Source: Rhynchobatus australiae (lineage: Eukaryota). Taken from it: a stretch of 57,129 nucleotides of DNA. Made by a program: the position numbers and the translations under genes. The DNA lies in the NCBI GenBank assembly GCA_034780895.1, contig JAUZTB010000063.1, forward strand, positions 20,998,500-21,055,628, in the 5' to 3' direction. The notes beneath the pieces are model-generated. The model was not told the DNA's origin and made no database searches. It saw nothing but the letters and a program-made list of their open reading frames with translations. Shown in pieces: positions 36,760 through 49,030 of the stretch. Each line of letters opens with the position of its first letter. Position 1 is the first letter of the stretch.

Positions 36760-37770
36760 ATAACAACAGCTGGGATTTATTTAATGCAGGAAAGCACTCC
36801 ACGGCATTTCACAGGAGTGGTATCAGATGACATTTAGCACTCACTAAGGCAATTGATCCCAAAATTGTACAAAGGGGAAGGTATCATGGAGAATCTTAGA
36901 AGAAAGTAGGGTTGAATGGTGGAAAGGTTAAGGGAGGGAACTCTGGGGGTTAGGGTCTTGGCAGTAGAGACCAGAACTGGAGGAATGGTCCTACTTGCCA
37001 AGGTTCCCAGCTGAGATGGAAGCTGAAATCCTGAAAGATAATCAGTTTCTCAGTGCCGAGAGTAAAGCAGTAAACGTGTCAAAATATCTTGCTGAGAAGC
37101 TTTTCATAATGAAGGACCATGATTTTAAATGGATCAAGGAAAAGTGCTGAAAGGGGGATAAATGGAGCCGACAAAGGTAGGGTTGGATGATCACATCCTT
37201 ACCACCACAATGGCGGAGCAGGCAGCGAAGGTGATGGAAGGTTCAATTAGGTGGAGAAGTTTCTTCATCAGTCCCATCAGCCAGGTTTCCAGCAAGTTTA
37301 TGATTTGGTGCAATCATCCACTATGGAGGGCAAGGGACTTGTTCACAAGTGAATGGACCAGCTGGGTGGAGTTTGGGCAGGGAGTTACATGAGCTGATCT
37401 GCTCTGGATGGCATGAACTTGATTGCAATTTGGAAAGTTTCCCAATCAGCAGAAGTGCTGGGCAGTGAGGTTGGTCGGAGGTTGGGAACGTAACACCTGA
37501 TGACAGTGACAAAGGTCATGTTGGACCTGTCGGAGGAAACCAAGAGAACATAGAAGATATAGGGCTCGCCAAATGGTAATCAAGCCGGCAGAGAGCAGAA
37601 GGATGAAGGAATTTGGAAAGACTGGGATGGAGGATTCAGAGCATAGAGTAAGGAGGGGAGAGTCCCATACACAAATTGGTTGTCTCATTGCATACACAGC
37701 CACAGTAAAAACACTGCAAAAATACTTCATCGACTGTTAAGCTCAGTCCTCGGCCTCCTCCACTGCCAGG
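36760..37770 (-). mobile_element. L2 LINE, internally deleted and decayed
   Basis: Reversed L2-like 3' end (GCATTTCACAGGAGTGGTATCAGA...AGGGAGGGAACTCTGGGGGTTAGGGTC) followed by purine-rich reversed ORF2-like sequence. Confidence 0.55.
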
Positions 37771-39509
37771 ANNNNNNNNNNNNNNNNNNNNNNNNNNNNN
37801 NNNNNNNNNNNNNNNNNNNNNNNNNNNNNNNNNNNNNNNNNNNNNNNNNNNNNNNNNNNNNNNNNNNNNNNNNNNNNNNNNNNNNNNNNNATTGGTCCAG
37901 AAGTTTGTTGATCCTGCCAGTATTTTGCTGCATAACCTTGCCCTGTTTACATCCAGTACCATGCAGGAGGAGAGCAAGGCACACTCTGCACCAGAAATTC
38001 ACCACCCATCATATTCATGAAGACTCCAGGATAGGGACCCAGAGCCTGTGCCTGAAACAGTGCATGGTAAAACAAATTAGCACCTAATGGCTGTATGAGG
38101 CCCCTTCTCAAAATTGTCAGCTGGCACCAGCCCTGTTGTGTTCAGGATAACTATGTTCCAACTTTCTAGGCTGTCAACAAAAGGGTAAAAGAGCATCCTC
38201 CTTGCATTATAAAAATTGCAAAGACCACAGGCAGTCTCCATTCAGCTGCCGGCCAATAGACCTTCTCCCTCCTGATCCTCTCTCCATCCGTTTACTGTCT
38301 CACTAAAAGGCCATGTCTGGAGAAGTACTTGGGCCAGCTGAAGCCTGCTGAAGCTATTTCTGAGCATCAGATTGGCTTTCACAGACCACCAGCTACGTGC
38401 TGAATAAAGCCAAAGCTCAGGTCAGTTGTTCTTTGGGGCCTTGGCTTCAATTAGATGTTCCCAGAACCTTGCAGATTTCTGCTCCAATATGGGCAGAAAC
38501 CAACTCCCACCCAATAATTTCCTTGAAACCAGTCAGTTTGCCAGAAACTTTCATCTACCCTGTGTGTTACCATGTTCCCCACCACAGGAGTTAGGGGTTG
38601 CTTGGCTTGCTGAATGCTATCCTCCCCAAAAGTGCATGCTCAGGTCATCAAGTGAGAATGATTTTCCACTTGGCAAATGTTTTGTATCATTCAGTGATTT
38701 GCTCCATTGTCAGTCCATCCCATTTGTTTTTATCCATTATTTGGATAACTTGGCCTCAAACATACACCAGTTTGTGCGATCTGGGTGGTCCACTTGGAGT
38801 TGTTGCTCAGGAATTCAAGCAGATGTCAAAATAAAAATGTTTCATTATTTAATTGAAAAGAACAATGATTAACTTAGATTTTCCTGTGTGCTGGTCATTT
38901 CTTTTGATTGTTTGGGTTGGAGCAACAAGACGTCTGAATATTACGTGAGGAGCACGAAGCCTGGCAGGACCCTGTCTCCACTCTGCTCTCCACTCTTATC
39001 ATTCCATACCCATCTCTTTCAGTTATCTAATTCTTTTGTGGCACTCATCGACTCCACTTCAGCTTCTAGCGGCAGAGAATTCCAAGCTCTAAGTGTCATC
39101 CAGATATATAGTTTTCTCGTCTTCAGTTTAGTTATTTTCAATTCCCACTCTCTCCCAAATTCTACCTAACCCTACTCAATGCCTCAGTGACAGGTGAACC
39201 ACTCTATTACCATTTGAAGTTGGAGATCACTTTCTAATCTTGAAAGTTGAAATATGTCATCTCCTGCTTTCTCAGATCTTTTGACATAAAGGGCCCTAAC
39301 TTTCTCACTGCCATAGGCCCTTCTTTCACTTTGATCTTCCCAGTGAATCCATGTTGTACCTTTCACCTTCCTTCTTTCTTGGGCTGAGCTTAACCCTGAC
39401 TGTCATGCTCCAACTATGTGATCACCACTTTTCCTTTACTTCCCAAAAAGATGAGACTAACATATAGAGACACTGAAGTCTATAGGAACCTGGAGGAGCT
39501 AGCTATCTT

Positions 39510-39620
39510 CCCCCTCAGCCCTCAGTCCTGATGCAGGATCCCGACCCAACACAACAATTATCCCCTTGCTTCCACAGATGCTGCTTAACCTGCTGAGTTC
39601 CTCCAGCTGTTTTTTGTTCT
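39510..39620 (+). mobile_element. Penelope pLTR fragment with decayed hammerhead
   Basis: AGTCCTGATGCAGGATCCCGACCC...TCCACAGATGCTGCTTAACCTGCTGAGTTCCTCCAGC. Confidence 0.8.
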
Positions 39621-39859
39621 GCCACACATTTATATGAGCATTTTTTTCAACTTCAGAATCAGCAGTAAACCTCACAGACCATGAAGATACCTAGAAGTCT
39701 TTGAAACCTGAAGGAAGAAGTTTTCAAAATTCTTGCTGGTTGCATATTTCCATAATGGTTTCATCCGGATCAGAGCTGGAGTAATGACCGAGGTATGGAA
39801 ACAAGTTATGTGAAACACTCGCTTACAAACTCAAAATAAAGAATCAAAAGTAAAGCACA

Positions 39860-39985
39860 TCTTCCTGACCTCAGGCATCCAAGAACGTTACCGCCAGTGA
39901 AGCTCTTTTCAAGTATTTTCACTGATTGGAATGGAAGAAACATTGCAACTAATTTTCACACAGCAAACTCTCAAGCAGAAAAGAG
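39860..39985 (-). mobile_element. Deu-domain SINE (SacSINE1/AmnSINE1-like) 3' fragment
   Basis: GACCTCAGGCATCCAAGAACGTTACCGCCAGTGAAGCTCTTTTCAAGT...GAAACATTGCAACTAATTTTCACACAGCAAACTC resembles my recollection of the reversed consensus. Confidence 0.55.
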
Positions 39986-42869
39986 ATTGNNNNNNNNNNN
40001 NNNNNNNNNNNNNNNNNNNNNNNNNNNNNNNNNNNNNNNNNNNNNNNNNNNNNNNNNNNNNNNNNNNNNNNNNNNNNNNNNNNNNNNNNCATGGAGTAAT
40101 GGGTTAAGAACAGGATAATCTGCTGTCAATAGTGATGATGACTGAGGGATAAATGATTAGTGTGAAGCAAATGCAAATATCACAGTATTTTACCTGTGTT
40201 ATGATTCATGTCTTTATTTGCCACATGATAAACCAAAACTTTATGCTTATCTTATGTTACTATCTGGAGAACCTAAAACAAAAGCAAAGGGTTTTGAAGC
40301 GAGAATTGAAGCGAAACCCAGATAATCTGAACATGTCACTTTTCACGACAATATATTGTGCACACAAGGGGCTGGACGATACAATTAACCAACTGCAGGA
40401 GAAATCAGCAATTGCAGACCAGAGAACTGACAGGCAAAGATAAGTGTACACCCATTAAATGATACAAAGTTACACTGCAATATATCTCCCAGGGTCAGCA
40501 AATAGCATGAAACTGAGTGCCCTGGTAATTGAAGAAATATGACTGCAATCCAAAATAGCTTTAAACAGATGAATAACACCCTAAAACGTACTCGTACAAC
40601 TATGCAGACCGTCATGAAACAAATGGGAGGCAGACTTATGAACCCAGTGTGCCAAATCAATCTCTCACAGCGCAGCCTCCTCTACCCAGGACAGATTTGC
40701 TGCTAGTCATCTCCCTTTCTCTCCCTCTCTCTCTTGACATTTGATAATCCTACTTACAAATAGAATGATTAGCAGCATCAAATGGCACTGTGACTGATTT
40801 GATTTAGAAATCCAAAGCAGGGACTGGTATATTTAATCAAACCCGACTTTTCTAAACATGGTTCCATATCACACGATATAAAACGTTGCAGTTTCCATGA
40901 AATTAATCAAGACTTAATATTTGCTTAACACTTGTTTAGTGTAAAGCAAAACAGCTTTTAGTGTTTCACTTTTTATTCCATGTTTTACTCTATGTATTTG
41001 TTAACAGATTTTCCAATAAATTCTAACATTCTCCATTTTTTTATTAATTTAGTTTCAATGGTGTGCATCAGGCATTTATGGTATCTTTTTTGTTAAAATG
41101 TAAACTTTCCTTTGACTGATTTTGACCAAGTTTAGAGAGAAGTGTCTGGAATATCCAGTAACATGAATTACACTGAAATTGCTTTTGGCAGCTCTAGCCC
41201 AGAATCTTTAGTGCCCAACTCAAGTGGCATAAAAGGCACTTAAGGATTAAGTCAGGGGTGTGTGCCACGTGGCAGCACATAAGACACCCATAGCCAACAT
41301 CTGAAACAATTCCATTTGTTTAGGAAAATATGCTCTTTCTGTGGTCCAAATAGTTGCCCTTTTTAGGTTACTCTAAAGGCAATTCTTAAATATATACTTA
41401 AATACACACAGTCACACTCCCCCTTAAACCACTTCAGTGCTGAAAGTTTTATCTTTATCTTTACTTCTCCTGATATCTTTAAATGTTGAGACACTGATAA
41501 AAATTTCCCTTCATTTGGAGCATAAGTGAATAACAGTGAATGAGCAGTTTGGTTTACATTCTATTTTCTTTTCTGTCCTATTCCAAGAAGAAATTTTACC
41601 CCAATGACCTGGAAAAGTTTGACAAAAGGTCCAAATTTCCAAACTTCTGGTTCAGAACATCTGCAATATTTTAAAACTAAGATAAGCAATGATATATAAA
41701 AGTGGCAGTATGTGAAAGTAGAAATTATTTTAGGCCAGGCTCAAATATAATGCATATTTATTGTAATGGAATATCTATCATTTTAAATGTTGAGCAGTTA
41801 TTGACAGATGGCATTTGAATTTTAGTTTACTAAAGGATTTATGCCACATATTGTTATAGACTACAAGTGAGCTTCAATGGACAATGTACAGTTGATAAAC
41901 AAGAAATGAGATCAGAACAGTTTTTGTGTCAAGAAAGCTCATAGTCTAAAAATCTGACATAGCCTTTTTTTGGACTAAACCATGCACCTGAATCCATAGG
42001 CTTGAATGCAGTTAATATTAAATTGGTGCATTTGGATACCTAAGAGTGTTCCTGAGACAGTTCTCTGGAGAAGGAGAATGGAAGAATGAAGTAGGATAAA
42101 AGTCGGTGATCATTGAGAAAGTGTTGGCTCAGATCACATGAGGGGGTAGTGTTGAAAGCAGCTGACATGGTCTCAAAATGGAGATGGAAGGAGAACCTCT
42201 GTTCCTGCTGGTTCCACTTTCATGCAAAGTTATTTTTAAATTGCTGCAGCCTGGACCTGCCTTCTTAGGGATTGGCTATTCGGCAGCAGTAGTCCTGGTT
42301 TACTTGAATCCTTCATTGAATCTGCCTCCATTACAAAAAGTGCACTTCAGGCTCTAACTGCATAAGCAAGTTTTTTCTCACTTCACTTGGTTCTTTTTGT
42401 GTATCTTGAGATAATTCATCAAACTTGATTCCACAGTTTATGCAGTCCAGGTGTGTTCTGACTATCGACTGGACAATCTGTCACCAACTGTTTGATAAAT
42501 GCCATACATTTTTACTGGAAGTGGCCTCTGCTTTCAGTGTGTCCCAACGTTCTCCTTGTCACCCTGAATCAGTGGATTTGATGCAGCTCACAATGGAGAA
42601 GAGACAGAGCTTGCCATTGTCCTCAAGGAAAGGTGCTCACAAAAGATCCAGCAGTGTCTGTGGAGAGGAGATGATCCTTTTGACATTAGTTGTTGTTGGG
42701 CCTCAGTTCAGAGGAATCCCACTGGCAATCAGCAACAGTGATGTCATCAAGTTGGCTGAACAGCTAAATCACATTGAGTAATTCTCAAAGACAGCAAACC
42801 AGGAAAGCCAAAAAAACCACATATTTTAGATAACAGTGAAATATTTTACAGAATACTAAGGTGGTTGAA

Positions 42870-43265
42870 CTATTCCTATTTAATTAGGCTAAATGAATGG
42901 ACAAACAGTCCAGAGACTTGAGTTAAAGTCTCACTTGATTGTTGTTATGTGTAAATTTAGTGAAGTGATTCAGCAGACCTGGAATAAAAATGTTGGTGTC
43001 TGGAATGGTGATTATGAAATACTTGTCTGTGATTTAAAACAAAAAGTGGTTCAGTAATGCCTTCAAGAAAAGAACCCTTATGTCTTCACCAGGTTTGGTC
43101 CAATTGACTCAGACCCACAGCAAAGTAGTTGACTCTTTATAATCTCTGAATCACCCAACAGGCCACTCATTTGTATCAAACTGTTGCAAGCAGTTTCACA
43201 ATATTAATCCTGGACAAGAAAAGCTGGCCTTGCTGGTGAAGCCTACCTTGTATGAATGAATAAAA
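42870..43265 (+). mobile_element. Chondrichthyan SINE (near full length)
   Basis: CTGGAATAAAAA...GGTTCAGTAATGCCTTCAAG...GACTCAGACCCACAGCAA...GCTGGCCTTGCTGGTGAAGCC...ATGAATGAATAAAAAA. Confidence 0.65.
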
Positions 43266-44289
43266 AACAATTGCCTGATGGTCTCTGGAAATTTACATCA
43301 TTAAATATTTGTTTCTCCACATGTGATTTAAGATATCAGAAAGTCAGGGAGCGCCAGCTGATTGGAAAAGGAAGACAAATGTGCCATACACTTGATTTCC
43401 TCTTTACGTCAAACCAGAATAATCAATGTTAAACTATATAACACTTAAGAGTTACGAATAATTCAAAAATCTTGAATTTAGCTTGCATCAACACTGCTTG
43501 ATGTCTGTGCACACATTTTGACAGGTTGACATTTCAGCTGCATGCACAGAGCTTGTAATTTCCACATTCGATATGCAACCGTAATTATGTCTATGACCTC
43601 ATCCCTCTGCTTGTCAGCTTTTTAGAAAAAAATGCTTTGATCACATATGGACAATGGTAATTAGTGTAGTCTGTTTAAGTGTAAAAGGTGGATTGTCTAA
43701 TAAAAGATTTTGTTTAAGTGATTAGATTTATTGTCTTAATAATCACTTAATAACCTTAATATTCAATTGTAAAGATGTTGCATAATTTTCTTCAATTGCA
43801 AGTTGCTGCTCATTTTGATACTATATACTGATGCCTTGCTTAGCATCCGGATGTATTGCCATGAACAAATGCACTAATGGAATTAGCGCCAAAGTGATCA
43901 TTATAAAAGGATCATACACGTGACCCCTGCATTACAGGAGGGCTGTATTCCCAGAAAACTGTCCATAGTGTTTTTTTTAAAATGCATAGCCATATTATCT
44001 ATGAACACATCAAGGCACAAGTAAAAAACATAAATCAGAATTCTTCNNNNNNNNNNNNNNNNNNNNNNNNNNNNNNNNNNNNNNNNNNNNNNNNNNNNNN
44101 NNNNNNNNNNNNNNNNNNNNNNNNNNNNNNNNNNNNNNNNNNNNNNGCTATGATGCAATTTGGACCCCAATCTTACTTTTTCAAACCAGTCAAAGAAGAA
44201 AAACAATTTAAACTGACTGGTGTTCATAAATCATAATCACAGGTGGATTTAAAAGCAAACACAGACTTCTAAAAAGATGGGAAGTTGGG

Positions 44290-45320
44290 ACTAAGGAGAT
44301 CGTGGTAATGGGAATAATAGATTTGCATGTGTAAAAGAATGGCTAACTAATAATGAGAAGAGATAAGTGGATCATTTTCTGGTTGGCAAACTGTTGCAGG
44401 GATCTGTGCTGAAGCCTCAATTCTCCATAACGCTTGATTTAGATGAAGGAACTGATTTCCTTATGATAAGAAGACAGATGTGAAAAAATGTTTTGAGGGT
44501 AACTTCAATGGGATATAGATAGGTTAAATGAGTGGGCAAACATTTGTCAGAAAGACTAAAACGTGAGGAAATGTGAGGTTATTCACTTTGGTTGGAAGAA
44601 GTGTAAGTGTTGAAGTGGGAGGAGACTACAGAAAGCTGCTGTGCAGAGGGTTGCATGTGTCCTTGCATATCAAATGCAGAAAGTTAGCATGCAGATACAG
44701 CAAGTGATTTGGAAGACAAAAAGAATGTTAGCCTTCATTGCAAGGGGGTGGAGCTTAAAAATAGGTAAATCATACTACAACTATACAGGGTGTTGGTGAG
44801 GCCACACTTGGAATAGAGTGTACAGTTCAGGTCTCCTAAATGCATTACTTTCAGTCTAAAAAATGTTCACATGGTTGATTCCTGGGATGGAGAGGTTGCC
44901 TTAAGAGGAAGGTTTGAGCAAGTTGAAGTTTAAAAGCAGAGCTGATTTTATTGAAATATATAAGATTCTGAGGACTGCTTGCTCTTGAGAGTATGCTTCC
45001 CACATGGGGGAACTGAGTGGTATAGCTTCGCAATAAAGGGGGGGGGTACATTTTAGGGAGAGAGAGGAAGAGAGAAAGAGTGGGGGTGAGAGAGAGATAG
45101 AGGAATTTCTTCTCTCAGACGGTTGTGGATCTTTGGAACTTTCTATTGCACAGTAGATTCATTGAATATATTCAAGGCTGAGATAGACAGCTTTTGATAA
45201 TAGGGGAGACCATGGTTATGGTAAACAACAGGAAAGCCAAGGCCAATATCAGATCAGCCATGGTTTTATTGAATGGTGAAGTGGGCTCGAGGATTCTCCC
45301 AATCCCATTTTTCATGCTTT
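44290..45320 (+). mobile_element. CR1 LINE, about 1 kb 3' portion (RT to tail), decayed
   Basis: GATATAGATAGGTTAAATGAGTGGGCAAA...AAATGTGAGGTTATTCACTTTGG (DIDRLNEWA...KCEVIHFG), GTTGGTGAGGCCACACTTGGA (LVRPHLE) and tail GATCAGCCATG...ATTGAATGG. A (GA)-rich insert lies at about 45055-45100. Confidence 0.9.
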
Positions 45321-46739
45321 TTTAAAGTCTCAGCCATGAGAACAATCCTTGATAAATGAGCCAAATAATCCAGGGAAAGGTGAATAGGTAAAATCTCCAA
45401 ACACAGAAGCTTATTTGCAAAAGTTGCTGTCTCCTAGTTGCTGCTCTGCTTATCTACCCATGCTACTATGCAAAGTGTGGTGGAAGTGGCATAAGAGTTC
45501 ACTCAGCATGCAGTTCTACAGACCCAGAAACCAATTTATGCCAAAGAGGATGGACAGAGGAAACTCAGCTAAGTCTCCTGGAGGCCAAATGCAGATGCAA
45601 CACTTCTTTCAAAAAAGGTATGAGCTATGTAAGACCAGGGCCTTCCTGTGGAGTTAATGCTAGCAGCCACACAAGCTGTTCCATCAATTCTGGAGTAACC
45701 CAAGACCGTAGTTATTTACTGGGCTGTAATGCACTGACAAGACTGTAAATTAATACCATCAATCCAAGTTGGTGCCATGGTAACTATGTGTCAGGTTCTC
45801 TTATCAGCTCAAGCGGTGCACAATGGCACTTTATTCATTATCTCCACAACATGAACAATTTTCTGAATCATGAAAGTAAATTGCAAACGCGTCCAAATAT
45901 AATAAAGTGAGGTTAGTATGGCAATTGATCTGATATTTTGTACCACTGGCATTTCAGTTGCTCTGCAGACTTGTTATAGCAACTTACATTTGGTTGGATT
46001 AAATTACCTGTTCCACTACCCATGCAGGATAACATTTGAAACATTATACTCTCTGGCTACACTATCATTAACTAGACGTCATCCAATGTATAATATTTTC
46101 CCTTCAGCAGTTCCCCAAAACACACACACATGCTTTTAGCCCTTGAACTCTGCAATGATCCTTAGCAATTAGCAGAAGGAATGTTAAAATCGATTTACTA
46201 ATAATTGCTCTTTGGAATGTTATGCATAACACAGGTAAGTCCAGGTTGAAATTAGCCCTGTCTGCAAGTTGGATCACAGGAGGCCGCTACACACTTGATC
46301 CAATTTATGTGAAAAAATGAGTTGGACATACTCTGTGATTTTATTTTTGAATCCTCTGCACCTGATGTGCTGATGCACAGAGTAACCTAAACGTGTACAG
46401 TGGTGTCCACTGCAACATAATGCATAGCTCGACATTATCATTACCTGTGCACGAGTGGCCATGCCACCCACAGATCACTCATGCAGAAGCAGACGTATGC
46501 AGCTCTGTGAGGCCTGGTTCTGGTCTATGTGAAAGGGACCTTATTGAACAGATTCCAGGCAGTTCCAGGACCCCATCTCAGGCAGGTCCCCTTTTCTTCA
46601 CCCATTCACTGATCTGACTCTCCCCCACCTAAGGCTGCACACTGGCTCTACCTCCCCACAGAACAACCCCCAAACTTGCACTCCTCACAATGTATCCACC
46701 CTCGCATTCTTTGATAACCTGACCCTATCTCACACCCCC

Positions 46740-47562
46740 AACCAGTGATAGAGAATTCCACAAGGTCACCACTCCCTGAGAAAAGAAGTTTCAAATCACA
46801 CAGTCCTAAATGTCTTACGCTATCTTCTGAGACTCTGATCCCTGGTTTCAGAACACCACCCCCACCTCCCCCCCAACAGCCAGAGGAAACATCCACCCTG
46901 CATCCAGCCTATCAAGTCTCATCACAATGTTATATATTTCAATGAGATTTCCTCTCATTCTTCTACATTCTTGTGAATATAGGTCAAATCAACTCAATCT
47001 CTCCTCAAATGACAGTCCCGTCATGCTAGGGATCAGTCTAGTGAATTTTTGATGCACTCCCTCCAATGATAAGTGTAGTTTTTCTTTGGTATTAACACCA
47101 ATACTACACACAATACTCCAGCTTTGGACTGATTAAGGCCCTGTGCGATTGTATTAGGGCAGCATTTCTCCTGTGACAATAAAAAAAAGTGCACCTGAAA
47201 CAAAAACAGAAAATGCTTGAAGCATTCAGCAGGTCAGGCAGCATCTGTGGAAAGAGGAGCAGAGTTAATGTTTTAGATTGGAGACCCACTGTCACAAGGA
47301 GAATAAGGAATGCAAAATTGAAACAATAACCTTTTCACAGCAGCGGCCTGACCTGCTGAGTGTTTCTACCTTTGTTTTAATTATCCTTTCTTCTGTACTC
47401 AAAACCTCTTGCAACGAAGGCCAACAAATCTTTTGCCTTCTTAGCTGCTTGCTGAACCTACATGTTTGCTTTGGGTAACTGGTGTATAAGAACATCCAGA
47501 TGCCTTTGATTATCAACATTTCCCAATCTTTCGCCATTTAAATAAAATTCAGCCTGTCTTTC
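46740..47562 (-). mobile_element. CR1 LINE fragment (resumes at 48831-49030)
   Basis: The minus strand gives RALISPKLEYCV and ADDL-region-like pieces. It is interrupted by a pLTR hairpin at about 47195-47380 and continues after a 24-bp duplication at 48831. Confidence 0.8.
47195..47380. mobile_element. Palindromic Penelope-pLTR-derived element
   Basis: AAAACAGAAAATGCTTGAAGCATTCAGCAGGTCAGGCAGCATCTGTG is approximately complementary to CACAGCAGCGGCCTGACCTGCTGAGTGTTTCTACCTTTGTTTT. Confidence 0.75.
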
Positions 47563-47662
47563 NNNNNNNNNNNNNNNNNNNNNNNNNNNNNNNNNNNNNN
47601 NNNNNNNNNNNNNNNNNNNNNNNNNNNNNNNNNNNNNNNNNNNNNNNNNNNNNNNNNNNNNN

Positions 47663-47805
47663 TTTATTCTGGCTTCTGCCCTCTTCCTTTCCAGTCGCGA
47701 TGAAGGGTCTTGACCTGAAGTGTGGACTATTTATTTCCTTCCATAGATGCAACCTCCAGCATTTTGTGTGTGTTGCTCCAAATTCCAGCATCTGCAGAAT
47801 CTCTT
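47663..47805 (+). mobile_element. Penelope pLTR with hammerhead motif (47693-47728)
   Basis: AGTCGCGATGAAGGGTCTTGACCTGAAGTGTGGACT...CCTCCAGCATTTTGTGTGTGTTGCTC...TTCCAGCATCTGCAGAATCTCTTGTG. Confidence 0.8.
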
Positions 47806-47809
47806 GTGG

Positions 47810-48022
47810 GTCTGTATATGGAATGAGGTGCCAGAGAAAGTGGTTGAGGCAGGTACATTAACAAAATCTAAAAATCACTTGGACTTGTACATGTATAGGA
47901 AAGGTTTAGGGGGATATGGTGCAAACACAGGCAAATGGAGCTATCTTAGATGGGCATCTTTGTCAGCATGGACCAGTTGAGCCACAGGGCCTGTATCCAT
48001 GTTGTGTGACTCTGTCACTCTA
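47810..48022 (+). mobile_element. CR1 3' end fragment
   Basis: IWNEVPEKVVEAGTLTKSKNHLDLYMYRKGLGGYG, followed by the tail GACTCTGTCACTCT. Confidence 0.85.
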
Positions 48023-48830
48023 AATCCATTTCTGTTTGTGTGTATATCTGTGTTTGCATCTGTGTGTATGTGTGCACATGCGTGCAAGCAATATAAAACT
48101 TACTCAAAGAAACAAAATTTAAGCACCCAGTTTATTTAAGAGAAGTTTTATGTGACTCCAACTTTTTCTCTGTAGTTTTATCCATTTACTGAATAACAAC
48201 ACATTTATTCTAATCTGAATCACCAGGATACATCAACAATGCAATACTGAGCATACCTTTACTACTGAACTAAATTTATCACACTGGTGCTGTGGCATAA
48301 AAGCACGAATTTGCTTGAGGCAAATAATTGACTTTGTTTTCACGGGGCATCTGCAGTGTGGTGCAAAGTGTGAGAGGCCAAGGAGGCTGCACTGATGTGT
48401 TTGTTGGAGGCAAACTCTCCATTTTATTTCCTTCTGAAGGTTCTGTGGCCTGGTACGATTTCAAGGATTTAAATGTTCCCATCTCAAATGCGCCAACGGC
48501 ATATTTTATACAAATCCCAGAGAAGGAAAAAAAAGGAACAAGATACTGCTTAAGGGCCCAGGTTTCCAAATTAACTTTTATTTATTCAGATCTGCATTCA
48601 AATTCTAATCTATAGGGAGGAAGTGGCTGTAACATTTGTTCTGTGTGAAGCCATGCCATTTCCTGTCTGTTGGCCATCTGGAATTCAGGTGTTTGCAACA
48701 CAAAAGTGCTATTTAAAATATTGCTGGAATCACCATTCAGGGCCACAAAGTATAACTTCATAAGACAGGTAAACGTGTACTTGCAGGCAGTGAAAAGTGT
48801 GAGCCTCAAATGACACACTGCTGCACCTTG

Positions 48831-49030
48831 TAAATAAAATTCAGCCTGTCTTTCCACCAAAGTGGATAATTTCACACTTATCCACATGATACTGCCCCAC
48901 GTATTTGCCTACTTATTTAACTTGTCTAAATCACCTTGAGGCTGCTTTACACCCTCCTCACTTCTCACAATATTATCCAGTTTTACAAAACTTGGAAGTA
49001 TTACAATTGGTTCCCCATCCTGATGGACAG
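48831..49030 (-). mobile_element. CR1 LINE continuation
   Basis: The minus strand gives FVKLDNIVRSEEGVKQPQGDLDKLNK and CCAAAGTGGATAATTTCACACTT (KCEIIHFG). Confidence 0.8.

Noticed and set aside
37960-38545. Possible further Harbinger/Myb remnant (also 49615-50040)
   Set aside because: The composition is suggestive, but I could not recover colinear protein motifs.
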